DNA of 64,000 bases, taken from the NCBI GenBank assembly GCA_963846575.1, contig CAWJWJ010000002.1, positions 1,440,001-1,504,000 of the forward strand. The letters run 5' to 3'. This DNA comes from an uncultured Nitrospiraceae bacterium (lineage in GTDB: Bacteria > Nitrospirota > Nitrospiria > Nitrospirales > Nitrospiraceae). A program made the translations under genes and the position numbers. Under the pieces are notes generated by a model, which saw only the letters and a program-made list of their open reading frames with translations, was not told where the DNA came from and did no database searches. Below are positions 17,877 through 27,869 of this stretch, one piece after another; the first letter of the stretch is position 1, and the number at the start of each line of letters is the position of its first letter.

Positions 17877-19835
17877 TCACGAATGAATCGGGCAGTGATT
17901 GACGATAACCTCGTACAGCTGACTTGCCGCCGACTCCTTGGTCAAAAACGCGGCGGCACCGGCGTCAGTCATGGCCACTTCGACCTGTGGATCGTTTCTC
18001 ACCGAAATGCCGATAATGGTCAGGGAGCTTATCTCCCGGCTGAGGATGCGGGTGGCCTCCACGCCGTCGAGGAGCGGCAGATTGACGTCCATCACCACCA
18101 CATCCGGACGGAGTGAACGGGCCATGACGACCGCGTCCTGGCCGTCAGCTGCTTCGCCCACGACATCCAGGTCCTCATAACTGTCCAGAATACTGCGGAG
18201 CCCCTGCCTGACCATGGCATGGTCGTCCACCAGTAACACGCGCAGGCACCGGTCGACTGATTTGGAGACGACCGCCTTGGTTCCGGCATGGGTTGTCGCC
18301 GGCTGCGGCGATCCGATGCAGTTCTGCGCGAGCGGGAGCCGCAGAATGGCCAGGGTGCCCCTGCCGGGAGTGGAGGACAGTTCGCATTCGCCGCCCAAGA
18401 GCTCCATGCGTTCCCGAATGCTCAGCAAACCGAACTTTGGCTCCATCGCATGTGAACTGGACAGAGTGGAGACGTCGAAGCCTCGGCCGTGGTCCTCTAC
18501 GCAAATCCACAGGACCTGTTCATCATCAATGTTGACCGTGATCGTGGCCTTGTCCGTACGCGCATGTTTCACGATGTTGAACAGTAGTTCACGCACCGAT
18601 TGAAACAACAACACCGCCTGGTCGTCGGAGAGCGTGAAGGTGCCGGGTCCGGGCTGTACGGTGACGTCGAGCGAATGCTGCTTCATTTGATCGCCTAACC
18701 AGACCAGGGATTTCGACAGCCCGAACTGGTACAGCACATGGGGGCTTAACTCGGCCACCAGCGAGCGGGTGTAGGTCAGTGCCTGGTCGAGCATCTGATC
18801 GATCTTGGCGAGTGATCCGGCAAGGGCCTGGTCGCGCGACCGCGAGATGGTTTGGGACAGCGTGATCCGGCTGGCCACGACCAATTGAGCGAGGTAATCA
18901 TGGAGGTCGGTGGCCAGTCTCCGGCGTTCCCGTTGTTCGGTCAACGTCAGTTCGGATGCCAGGGCTCGCAATCGTTGGTGAGAGCAGCGGAGCTCGTTTG
19001 TTCTCTCGATCAGCCGCTGTTCGGCATCGGCAGCCAGGTCTTGGAGTTGTTTCTCCGCCCGTTTCCGGTCGGTGATCTCAACGAGCACGGTGACGCCGCC
19101 GACCACTTTCCCGGTTGCATCACAGAGCGGGGTCGGATAGGGGAGGACCGGCACACGCGTTCCGTCCGGCCGTTCGACCAGCAACTCCACCCCGCGGATC
19201 GCTTGATTCTGCCTGAGCGAGACGGCCATCGGACAATCATCGATCGGCAGCGGCGTGCCGTCAGGCCGATAGAGACGCCATGATCCGCACCACTGTGCTT
19301 CTCCTAATTGAGGGCGGCAGCCCCAGAGGTCGATGGCGGCCTGATTGTAATGATTGATGCGGCCCTCGGCGTCTGTCGTATAGACGGCTGCAGGGAGGGC
19401 CTCAACCAACTCTTTAAACTGCTGTTCGGTCCCCTTGTGCTGGGAAATATCACGGGCGACCTTAGAGGCTCCGATGATCTGACCTGTCCGATCCTTCAGC
19501 GGAGACACCGTCAAAGAAATGTCTGCCAGCGTGCCGTCTTTCCGTTGCCACACCGTCTCATAATGGTCGATGTTGACACCTGCGTGTAAACAGGCCGGAA
19601 CGCCTGTTTCTCCTCGACGCCGGTCCTGCGGGATCAAACGCTGCACCGGTTGGCCGATCATTTCATCGGCCGTGTACCCGAACAGGCGTTCCGCGCCCTT
19701 GTTCCAGCTCAGCACCACTCCCTGCAAGTCTCTGGAAATGATTGCATCGTCGGAAGATTCCACGATCGCCGCCGCTTGCGCCAGGGCAAAATCGTGATTA
19801 TGAGCCAACGATGGAAAGGCGGCATGGTCAGTCAT
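17877..19835 (-). CDS. Cytoplasmic PAS-PAS HisKA_3 hybrid kinase with C-terminal REC
   Basis: AIVESSDDAII PAS, ERRRLATDLHDYLAQ, ELLFNIVKHA, REC. Confidence 0.92.
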   Translation of the reverse strand: MTDHAAFPSLAHNHDFALAQAAAIVESSDDAIISRDLQGVVLSWNKGAERLFGYTADEMIGQPVQRLIPQDRRRGETGVPACLHAGVNIDHYETVWQRKDGTLADISLTVSPLKDRTGQIIGASKVARDISQHKGTEQQFKELVEALPAAVYTTDAEGRINHYNQAAIDLWGCRPQLGEAQWCGSWRLYRPDGTPLPIDDCPMAVSLRQNQAIRGVELLVERPDGTRVPVLPYPTPLCDATGKVVGGVTVLVEITDRKRAEKQLQDLAADAEQRLIERTNELRCSHQRLRALASELTLTEQRERRRLATDLHDYLAQLVVASRITLSQTISRSRDQALAGSLAKIDQMLDQALTYTRSLVAELSPHVLYQFGLSKSLVWLGDQMKQHSLDVTVQPGPGTFTLSDDQAVLLFQSVRELLFNIVKHARTDKATITVNIDDEQVLWICVEDHGRGFDVSTLSSSHAMEPKFGLLSIRERMELLGGECELSSTPGRGTLAILRLPLAQNCIGSPQPATTHAGTKAVVSKSVDRCLRVLLVDDHAMVRQGLRSILDSYEDLDVVGEAADGQDAVVMARSLRPDVVVMDVNLPLLDGVEATRILSREISSLTIIGISVRNDPQVEVAMTDAGAAAFLTKESAASQLYEVIVNHCPIHS

Positions 19836-19944
19836 GTAAGTATTGCTGCGTCCCGTACATGTGCCCGAGTCAAAGTCATAGATAGCTGTGAGTGTTGGAT
19901 CTCGAGCTCAGCTAAACATAGTGTGGATGTTGGTTCGCGTACAA

Positions 19945-19994
19945 CTAGGCAAAACGCTAGCACGGATTTTCAGCCATTCCAGGGGTATACCTAG
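19945..19994. promoter_or_regulatory. Divergent pair of boxes (CTAGGCAAAACGCTAG 19945-19960; CCAGGGGTATACCTAG 19979-19994)
   Basis: Minus -10 TATGTT at 19920 (gap 24) toward the kinase; plus -10 TACTCT at 20017 (gap 22) toward the Hsp20-like gene. Confidence 0.8.
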
Positions 19995-20079
19995 TGATGT
20001 GTCATTCGAAACCCTGTACTCTGACAATGAACCTTATTCGGTTCGGAACGGCCTTAGGGTCACACGAAAGGAGAGCGCG

Positions 20080-20472
20080 ATGAAGTCTGGCGGAACGGCA
20101 CGGGGCACCTCTCATGGACATCAGCGTGACGGCGCAGGGAGCCTGGTCCAGACTCCGTCACCGTCCGCGACAGAGTCTCAGCAGTCACCGTTGCATTCTT
20201 CGCCGATTATCGACGTGTCCGAGTCTGATGGTGCGTTCAATGTCTACGCTGACTTTTCCGGAGTCAGTGACCGCATGGAGGCCGGTGAACCGACGATTGA
20301 ATTTGCGCGGCAGGGAGTTGTTCTAAAACGGGGACCGGTCGAACGGTACATACCGATCCCTACTGATTGCGAAATCGACCGGGCCAAAGTTTCCACTGCC
20401 GGGGGTATCGTTCGGATTTCCGTGCCCACGGCAGACTTGGGACATCGCTGGCGATCCATCGTCATGTGGTGA
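20080..20472 (+). CDS. Hsp20/alpha-crystallin-like protein
   Basis: PIIDVSE...VYADFSGV...ERYIPIP...AKVS..GGIVRISVP; AAGGAG RBS. Confidence 0.65.
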   Translation: MKSGGTARGTSHGHQRDGAGSLVQTPSPSATESQQSPLHSSPIIDVSESDGAFNVYADFSGVSDRMEAGEPTIEFARQGVVLKRGPVERYIPIPTDCEIDRAKVSTAGGIVRISVPTADLGHRWRSIVMW

Positions 20473-20672
20473 TCGTCGGTTGATCCCGTCGGTCGTTCAC
20501 CTCTCTCACCTCATTTGCCCCATTCACATAGACCCCCGTTGAGACCCCCATTGGGCCGCGCCTGCCTGGAAGGGCACTGGTGTGGCGCCTCACGGCAGGG
20601 GCGTTTGAACTGCGGACTAATGCGTCTGAAGCGCTAGGGCGGCTCCCTCACCCAAACGGAGAGAGGGGTGTC

Positions 20673-22769
20673 CTACCGGCTGACTGACGATTCGCGAGTG
20701 TTCCCGGCGACCTGAATGGCACGGTAGAGGTCTTCGATGGCGGCATCTTTTTGCAGAAAGTCGATGGCTCCGGCCTGTTGCATGGCCGTTCGCACGTGTT
20801 CTTCCTTCTGCACCGATAGGCCGATGACCCTCACTGAGGGAAATGTGCTTTTGATACGCCGCGTCGCCTCGATCCCGTCCATTTTCGGCATGTTGACATC
20901 CATCAGGATGATATCCGGCTTGGTCTGCCCCGTTAACCGCATGGCCTCGATTCCATTCGCGGCCTCTCCGACGACATGAATATTTGCATATTCGTTCAGC
21001 GCGCCCCGCAGCCCTTGACGCACCATGGCATGGTCGTCGGCCAGGAGGAGCCGGATCTTGGGCTGAGCCGGGAGAAGGGCGTTCGGCGGGCCGGATTCGC
21101 ATATGGCGGCGTTGTCTGAGAGGGTGGGTGTATTCCGGGAAGGCTGCGAAGATCCCCCGGTGAGTGGTATCTGCGGCTCGACCGGCAGGGGAAGAATGAG
21201 CGTCGCCTGCGTTCCCTGCCCCGGCGTGGAGACGAGTTCGAAGCGTCCGCCGAGCGCGAGCATGCGTTCGCGTATGCTGAACAATCCGAACCCCGGATGA
21301 GACGTGCCGCCAGGTGCGGAGGCGAGGGACACGGAGTCGAACCCGACCCCCTTGTCGCGGACGTGAATACGTAGTTCGTCTTGGCTGCGCTCCAGCAGAA
21401 CGGATGCCCGGTCTATGTGCGCATGTTTGGCCGCATTCATCAATAACTCCCGCACGGACTGGAAGAGCAGCACGAGGCGGTCGGCTGGGAGTCGGAGATC
21501 GTCGGTGCGGGGCAGGTCTGCGGTGATGATCATGCCGTACCGTTTCATTTGCTCCGCGAGCCAGGAGAAGGCGGCGCACAGCCCGAACTCTTGTAAGACG
21601 GGGGGAGCCAGATCGGCGACCAGGGTCCTCGTGTAGGTCAGGGACTGGATGAGCACGTCATCGATTTCTTTGAGAAGAGCATGCGTGGCTGGTGGAAGAT
21701 CGTGACTTTTCAAAGCCTGGGCGAGCTTCAGTTTTCCCAACACCAGCAACTGGGCCAGATGGTCGTGCAACTCCGTCGCCAACCGCTGGCGTTCACGTTG
21801 TTCGGTCAGGTTCAGCTCGGTGGCGAGCGCCCGTAACCGCTCCTGTGACTGCAGCAGTTCGGCGGTTTTCTGCGTGACGGCCCGTTCCAGATCGACGCTC
21901 CACCGCTGTAGGCGATCTGCAGCTTCCTTGCTGTCGGTCATATCGAATCCGGCACCCACGTAGCCCATGAATTCCTCGCGCGCGGAGCTGCTCGGCATGC
22001 CGACCGAGCGGATCCAGCGGTATTCACCGTCATGGCGTCGGAAACGACAGGAGGCCTCGAACCGCGCACGTTGCTTGACGGAGGCGTCGTACAGGGCGAG
22101 GTATTGGCTGTAATCGTCGGGATGGATAAACTGCGCCCAGGCGAGCTGTTCTCCCTGGTGAGGGTGCTGCGAGCCAAGAAACTCCAAATAGGCCTGATTG
22201 AGAAACTCGTACCCGTTCGCCCCGTTCATCCAGATGAATACCGGCGCGCTGTCGGCGAGGGTGCGGAAGCGCTCTTCGCTTTCGCGCAGGCGTCGGTCGG
22301 CCTCTTCGCGCTCCTGCAGCAGGCGGGCCTTTTCCTCGGCCACCGCGAGCATGTCATCCCGCTGCCGGGCCAGTTCCGCGCGTTGTTGGTACAGTTCGAG
22401 AAAGATTCCCGCCTTGCTCTGCAATACATGCGGCTCGATCGGCTTATAGAGAAAATCCACCGCCCCTGCGGTATAGCCCTGGAAGCGCCGAAGATTATCC
22501 TGTGGACCCGCGGTCAAAAAAATGATCGGCACATGCCGGCTGCGTTGAGAGCCTCGCATGAGCTCGGCCAGCTCGAATCCATCCATGATCGGCATCTGGA
22601 CGTCGATGAATGCCAGGGCAATATCGTGATGTAAGAGGAGTTCTAACGCGTCCCGTCCGGAACGGGCCTCCAGCATTTCGACGTCGTCCCGGCGCAGGAG
22701 CTGCCTCAAGGCCAACAAATTGGGCTCGTTGTCGTCGACCAGCAGAATTTTGGCGCAGCTGCCTCGCAT
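20673..22769 (-). CDS. REC-PAS-HisKA_3-HATPase-REC hybrid kinase
   Basis: N-terminal REC (ILLVDD...DVQMP), PAS, ERQRLATELHDHLAQ, C-terminal REC. Confidence 0.92.
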   Translation of the reverse strand: MRGSCAKILLVDDNEPNLLALRQLLRRDDVEMLEARSGRDALELLLHHDIALAFIDVQMPIMDGFELAELMRGSQRSRHVPIIFLTAGPQDNLRRFQGYTAGAVDFLYKPIEPHVLQSKAGIFLELYQQRAELARQRDDMLAVAEEKARLLQEREEADRRLRESEERFRTLADSAPVFIWMNGANGYEFLNQAYLEFLGSQHPHQGEQLAWAQFIHPDDYSQYLALYDASVKQRARFEASCRFRRHDGEYRWIRSVGMPSSSAREEFMGYVGAGFDMTDSKEAADRLQRWSVDLERAVTQKTAELLQSQERLRALATELNLTEQRERQRLATELHDHLAQLLVLGKLKLAQALKSHDLPPATHALLKEIDDVLIQSLTYTRTLVADLAPPVLQEFGLCAAFSWLAEQMKRYGMIITADLPRTDDLRLPADRLVLLFQSVRELLMNAAKHAHIDRASVLLERSQDELRIHVRDKGVGFDSVSLASAPGGTSHPGFGLFSIRERMLALGGRFELVSTPGQGTQATLILPLPVEPQIPLTGGSSQPSRNTPTLSDNAAICESGPPNALLPAQPKIRLLLADDHAMVRQGLRGALNEYANIHVVGEAANGIEAMRLTGQTKPDIILMDVNMPKMDGIEATRRIKSTFPSVRVIGLSVQKEEHVRTAMQQAGAIDFLQKDAAIEDLYRAIQVAGNTRESSVSR

Positions 22770-22778
22770 GTCCTGCTC

Positions 22779-23375
22779 TTAGGCCGTTCGCTGATGTAAG
22801 AGTGTCGATATGGCGTCTAAACTCATGGGCCGCGCCCTCACCGATGCCGCGAGCGCAGCATCGGGCATGACCCTCGCCTCGGCTGATCGGGGAGTCTGAA
22901 CCCACGCCGCGCCTCCGGCGTCGCAGACGGCCCGCACGCCCCGGGCCCCGTCATGGTTGGCTCCCGTGAGAATCACGGCGAGCAATCTGTCGCCGTACGT
23001 GTCCGCGGCGGACTCGAATAACACGTCGATGGAGGGGCGTGAATAATTCACCGGTGCGTCGCTCGAAAGGGAGAGGTATCGGCCGCGCTCCACCAGCACA
23101 TGGTAGTCGGGAGGGGCGAAATACACCGTGCTTCGGAGGATGGGTTCTTTGTCTTCGGCTTCCTTCACCGTGAGGCGGCAGGTCGATCGAAAGAGGTTCG
23201 CGATGCTGCTGCCCTGTTTGCGGGCCGGAATATGGACCGCGATGAGGATCGGTAAGGGATAATCTTCCGGCAATGACGGGAGAATCTGCGACAGCGAGGA
23301 GACGGCGCCGGCCGACCCGCCGATCACGACTGCGTCGATATTGCACAACGCCATCTCCTGGGCGGCGGCCTTCAT
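22779..23375 (-). CDS. cheB: Stand-alone CheB methylesterase (no REC)
   Basis: IGGSAG, AVH, RPSIDVLFESAA and ILTGANHDGA catalytic motifs. Confidence 0.92.
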   Translation of the reverse strand: MKAAAQEMALCNIDAVVIGGSAGAVSSLSQILPSLPEDYPLPILIAVHIPARKQGSSIANLFRSTCRLTVKEAEDKEPILRSTVYFAPPDYHVLVERGRYLSLSSDAPVNYSRPSIDVLFESAADTYGDRLLAVILTGANHDGARGVRAVCDAGGAAWVQTPRSAEARVMPDAALAASVRARPMSLDAISTLLHQRTA

Positions 23376-24211
23376 GCCTCGCCTCGTTTCTGGTAGATCC
23401 GTTCCTCAGGCAGAAATTCAGCAAATGCGTCGCGATGCGCATTGAACCGCAAACTTTCTCTGGCTCCTGTGCCCAGAAATCCTTTGCGCACCAGGGTCTC
23501 CTTGAACAGTCCCACCGCCCGATCCTGCAGCGGCCGATCGAAGTAGATCAGCACATTACGGCAGGACACGAGGTGCATTTCCGCGAAGACGGCATCGCAG
23601 ACCAGGCTGTGATCGGAGAACACCGTGCGCCGGATGAGGGTCTTGTCGAACCGCGCGGCGTGATAGGCGGCGGTGTAGTACTCGGACAGCGAGACGCGGC
23701 CTCCCGAGAGGCGGTGGTTCTTGGTGAATAGCGCGACGCGCGGCAAATCAAACACCCCGGCCTTGGCCTTTTCGAGTGCCTCGACATTGATGTCGGTCGC
23801 ATAGAATATCGTGCGGCTTTCGAGTCCTTCCTCCCGAAACAGGATGGCGAGCGAATACAGTTCCTCCCCTGTGCTGCAGCCGGCCACCCAGACTTTCAAC
23901 GATGGATAGGTCTTCAAATGCGGGATGACCTTCTCGCGTAGCGCCAGAAAATAGCTCGGATCGCGGAACATGTCGCTGACCTGGACCGTGAGAAACCCCA
24001 GCAGCTGCGGAAACACGGTCGGATCGTGGAGCACCTTCTCCTGCAATGCCGAGAGAGTCCGGCAGCCGAGCCGCTCGCTCGCAAGGACGAGCCGGCGTTT
24101 GAGCGAGGCGAGGGAATATCCACGAAAGTCATAGTGGTATCTGGAAAAAATCGCTTCGAGCAATAATTCCAATTCGGTGTCCTCGGTCTTGGTCATCGCG
24201 GGCTGAATCAT
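23372..24211 (-). CDS. cheR: CheR protein-glutamate O-methyltransferase
   Basis: YDFRGY, MFRDP, WVAGCSTGEELYS, CRNVLIYF; ATG 24211 overlaps the kinase stop (ATGA). Confidence 0.93.
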   Translation of the reverse strand: MIQPAMTKTEDTELELLLEAIFSRYHYDFRGYSLASLKRRLVLASERLGCRTLSALQEKVLHDPTVFPQLLGFLTVQVSDMFRDPSYFLALREKVIPHLKTYPSLKVWVAGCSTGEELYSLAILFREEGLESRTIFYATDINVEALEKAKAGVFDLPRVALFTKNHRLSGGRVSLSEYYTAAYHAARFDKTLIRRTVFSDHSLVCDAVFAEMHLVSCRNVLIYFDRPLQDRAVGLFKETLVRKGFLGTGARESLRFNAHRDAFAEFLPEERIYQKRGEA

Positions 24212-27200
24212 CGGGGCATCCACACGCGCACCAGCGAAAGCAGTTGATCGACGTGGAGGGGCTTGGCCATGTAGTCGTTGGCCCCTGCGGCCAGAGCCTG
24301 TTCCTGGTCGTGTTTCATGGCCTTGGCGGTGAGTGCGATGATGGGGAGCTTCTGCCATTGGGGGCGGTCGCGGATGGCGCGCATCGCGGTCAGGCCGTCC
24401 ATCTCCGGCATCATGATATCCATGAGCACCAGATCGACGGGCCGTTCGTGATCCTGCACCGGTTGCTCCAGCAATGCGAGACATTCGCGGCCATTGCGGG
24501 CGATCTCGACGGTCGCGCCGTGGGGCTCCAGCACGGCACTCAGCGCGAAAATGTTCCGTACGTCATCTTCTACGATCAGAATGCGCCGTCCTTCCAGGGC
24601 GGCATTGCGGCTGCGCGCTTTTTCGAGCATGGCCTGTTGTTCGGGCGGGAGCGTGGAGACGACCTGATGGAGGAACAGGGTGACTTCATCCAGGAGCCGT
24701 TCCGGGGATTTGGCCCCCTTGATGATGATGGAATGAGAATATTTGCGCAGTCGTTGCTCCTCATCGGGAGACAGGTCGCGGCCCGTATACACGATCACCG
24801 GTGGAAACGAGTACTGGTCTTCCCGCTTCAGCGTCTCGAGGAGCGCGAAGCCGGTGGCATCCGGCAGGGTCAGATCCAGAACCATGCAGTCGAATGTTTT
24901 TTCCCCGAGTTCCTTCAGGCAGTCGGCGGCGCGTTCGACCGCAATCGTTTCCACGTCCGGTGAGCCGAGCAACTGTTGCAGGCTGTCCCGCTGTGTGGGG
25001 TCATCCTCCACGATGAGCACCCGCCTGGGTTTCTGGGTGAGGCGGCTTTCAAACTGTTGGAACGCCTGAATGAGTTGCTCGCGCTTGACCGGCTTTAGGA
25101 TGTAGCCCACCGCGCCGAGGGACAGCGCCGTCTGCATGTGGTCGTGGGCCGAGACTACATGCACGGGAATGTGCCGGGTTCTGGCGTCCAGTTTCAAACG
25201 GTCGATCACCGACAGTCCCGAGTGGTCTGGCAAACCGAGATCCAGCAGCACGGCGCTCGGCGAATAGCGGACGGCGAGGGCCAGCGCTTCGGCCGCGGTC
25301 TGTCCGACAATCACCTGGAAGTGGAGTTCGTGGGCCAGGTCGGAGAGAATGCGCACGAAGGTCTCGTCATCCTCGACGATCAGGATGACCCGTCGTTGAC
25401 CCGTCAGCTTGTCCCGGTCGTCGTCCATTCCTGCTGTCGCGGGAACGATGGCGTGCTCGTCCGCCTGGTCCATCCGTCGGGGCAGAGGGACAGGCGTAGC
25501 AGCCTGGCGGGAGGGGACCGTGCCGAGGCGCCTCGGAGGGGGTGCCACCGGGGTATGAATTTCCGGCAGGGTCAGGGTGAAGGTGCTGCCTTGCCCCACG
25601 ACGCTGCTAAGGTGGATCTCGCCTCCCAACAAGCGCATGAATTCGCGTGAGATCGACAGTCCCAATCCCGTTCCACCGTATCTGCGATTGGTCGTCCCGT
25701 CTGCCTGACAAAACGGTTCAAAAATCAGCTCCCGTTGCTCTTCCGGGATCCCGATCCCCGTGTCGCGCACCGCAAACATGACGCGGCCGTCCGCCGCCCG
25801 GGAGATGTCCAGCGATACCTCGCCTTGCTCCGTAAACTTAATGGCATTCGAAAGGAGGTTCTTGAGCACCTGCTCGAGGCGCTGCCAGTCGGTTTCTATG
25901 TATTCCGGCACCTCGGGGGTTCGATGCAAGGTCAGACGGAGCCCCTTGTGTTCCGCCACCGGCTGAAAGAGTGCCTGGAGACTATCGACCAGACGCGACA
26001 CCGGGACATGGCGGAGGGAAAGATCCAGGCGTCCCGCCTCCACCTTGGCGAGATCGAGGACGTCGTCGATGAGCGCGAGCAGGTCGTTGCCTGCGGCCTC
26101 GATGGTGGTGATGGACTTGACCTGCTCGGGCGTGAGGTTGCCATCGGGATTATCTGCCAGCAGCTTCGCCAGAATGAGAGACGAGTTCAGAGGGGTTCGC
26201 ATTTCGTGCGACATATTGGCGAGAAACTCCGACTTGTACCGGCTCGCGCGCTCGAGCTGGCGAGCCTGTGTCTCAAGCGCGCTATTGGCGCCATTGAGCT
26301 CTTCCTTCTGGGTCTCGAGTATCTGGGCCTGTTCCTCAAGCTGCGCATTGATCTGCTCCAATTCGGCCTGCTGTTGCTCGAGATGCGAATGGGACGTCTT
26401 CAGCGCGCTGCTCTGCTCCTCCAATTCCTCGTTGGCCACCCGCAGCTCCTCGCTTTGGACCTGCAGCTCCTCGGCCTGCCGCTGGGTCTCTTCGAGCAGG
26501 TCTTGCAAGCGGGTGCGATACTGAGCCGAACGTACCGCGATGGCGATGGATTCCGAGACCCGGGTCATAAGATCGATGTCGGCCTGTTCAATCCGTTGAA
26601 AGAATCCCAGTTCCAGAACCGCTTTGACGGTTCCGTCTGCAGAGACCGGTGCGATCATGAGATGGCGTGGCGCGCTGTGGCCCAGACCGGAGCCGATCGT
26701 GAAATACTGCTCCGGGACATCGTGCAGGACGCAGAGCCGTTGGTCTTTGACGGTCTGGCCCAATAGGCCCTCGCCCGGCTCAAATCGGGGGGAAAGGTGC
26801 GTCGTGCTGCTCACCGCATGGGTTGTGACGAGGCGATAACCGGTCCCGTCCTCGACATAGATCGCTGCGGCCTGGGCGTCCAGGCAGCGGGCGACACAAG
26901 CCAGCACATTCTGGCCGAGCGTGCACAGGTCCTGTTCACCGATCATGCGTTCGCTAAGCACAGTCTGGGCCGACTGAATCCTCTCCTGCTCACGCATGGC
27001 GATCTTATTGCGGATGAACTGATGTCCAAAGACAGCCAATGCCGCGGCGGTGATCATTCCGATGATACGGTTCACCTGCGCGAAAACCGGATCCGCCCCC
27101 AGCGGACTGAGGAAGTATCCGATGATGGTGAGCAGACTGACCCCTGCCGCCACAGCCATGGGAGCGGACGTTTGCCACGTGAGATACGACAAGACGACCG

Positions 27201-27327
27201 GCACGAGATAGAGTGCCCAGACCGCAATGCCATGGGGCGTATAACAGTCGATGAGAAACACCGCCGCCGTGGACAGGACGATGGAGGTGTAAATCAGGGC
27301 TGTGGAGTCGCGTTGAGAGCCTGTCAT
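24208..27327 (-). CDS. Membrane GAF-coiled-coil-HisKA-HATPase kinase with three REC domains
   Basis: TM N-terminus, GAF, E/Q-rich coiled coil, FLANMSHEMRTPLN, GGTGLGLSIS, three REC domains. Confidence 0.93.
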   Translation of the reverse strand: MTGSQRDSTALIYTSIVLSTAAVFLIDCYTPHGIAVWALYLVPVVLSYLTWQTSAPMAVAAGVSLLTIIGYFLSPLGADPVFAQVNRIIGMITAAALAVFGHQFIRNKIAMREQERIQSAQTVLSERMIGEQDLCTLGQNVLACVARCLDAQAAAIYVEDGTGYRLVTTHAVSSTTHLSPRFEPGEGLLGQTVKDQRLCVLHDVPEQYFTIGSGLGHSAPRHLMIAPVSADGTVKAVLELGFFQRIEQADIDLMTRVSESIAIAVRSAQYRTRLQDLLEETQRQAEELQVQSEELRVANEELEEQSSALKTSHSHLEQQQAELEQINAQLEEQAQILETQKEELNGANSALETQARQLERASRYKSEFLANMSHEMRTPLNSSLILAKLLADNPDGNLTPEQVKSITTIEAAGNDLLALIDDVLDLAKVEAGRLDLSLRHVPVSRLVDSLQALFQPVAEHKGLRLTLHRTPEVPEYIETDWQRLEQVLKNLLSNAIKFTEQGEVSLDISRAADGRVMFAVRDTGIGIPEEQRELIFEPFCQADGTTNRRYGGTGLGLSISREFMRLLGGEIHLSSVVGQGSTFTLTLPEIHTPVAPPPRRLGTVPSRQAATPVPLPRRMDQADEHAIVPATAGMDDDRDKLTGQRRVILIVEDDETFVRILSDLAHELHFQVIVGQTAAEALALAVRYSPSAVLLDLGLPDHSGLSVIDRLKLDARTRHIPVHVVSAHDHMQTALSLGAVGYILKPVKREQLIQAFQQFESRLTQKPRRVLIVEDDPTQRDSLQQLLGSPDVETIAVERAADCLKELGEKTFDCMVLDLTLPDATGFALLETLKREDQYSFPPVIVYTGRDLSPDEEQRLRKYSHSIIIKGAKSPERLLDEVTLFLHQVVSTLPPEQQAMLEKARSRNAALEGRRILIVEDDVRNIFALSAVLEPHGATVEIARNGRECLALLEQPVQDHERPVDLVLMDIMMPEMDGLTAMRAIRDRPQWQKLPIIALTAKAMKHDQEQALAAGANDYMAKPLHVDQLLSLVRVWMPR

Positions 27328-27401
27328 CGGGCGTTCATGGTGTTTGCCATGCCTGGTTCGGCTGCCGGGGTGGTCGCCCTTCGTTTCCGGATGTCAGGAC
27401 G

Positions 27402-27427
27402 AAAAACCCTGTCACTCTGTGACAGGG
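27402..27427 (-). terminator. Intrinsic terminator
   Basis: Minus strand CCCTGTCAC-AGA-GTGACAGGG followed by TTTTT. Confidence 0.7.
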
Positions 27428-27775
27428 CCTCGGTGAAACGTCGAGGAGTTCCGAGGCCATGGAAGATGGGGCCCGTCATCCATGGCACATTGTCGGGCTG
27501 TCATCGAACGGCTGGTCCTTTTCTCGCGTATCATTCGGTCGCCAGATATCCGGAGCGCGCAACCAGGGCGCGCATATTCTGGTTCCATATGGATTCACCG
27601 GAAAACAGCGGGCGTTGACGCATTCTCCTGGTCAGCGCCGGTCACTCCGTGTCACGAGCGCGTAACAATCCACGATCATCCATCAGCGGGCGCGCAGCCT
27701 CAGTCGCTCCGGTTCGGGGAGAGATGCCGATCCCCAACGGACCGTGTGGTCGACGACGGCTTCCTTGGATGTTTG
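27402..27775 (-). ncRNA. Candidate structured sRNA or leader RNA (~375 nt)
   Basis: Box-type promoter upstream, several hairpins, six ANGGA motifs, terminator at the 3' end, no convincing ORF. Confidence 0.3.
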
Positions 27776-27811
27776 GAGGCTCTTGTACAGTGTTTCACAT
27801 GAGGCGACACA

Positions 27812-27860
27812 CTAGCGAAACCCCTAGTTTGTTCCATTTCTGAACCAGGGTGTACCGGAG
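27812..27860 (-). promoter_or_regulatory. Boxes CTAGCGAAACCCCTAG (27812-27827) and CCAGGGTGTACCGGAG (27845-27860)
   Basis: First box is the exact reverse complement of the 4127 box; TACAAG -10-like element at 27787 (gap 24). Confidence 0.7.
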
Positions 27861-27869
27861 GACGGGGAG

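Noticed and set aside
22779..24211. Chemotaxis operon
   Set aside because: No MCP, CheA, CheW or CheY in the window.
24212..24484. N-terminal extension of the cheR ORF
   Set aside because: Overlaps the kinase gene; the ATG at 24211 gives an ATGA-coupled, normal-length CheR.
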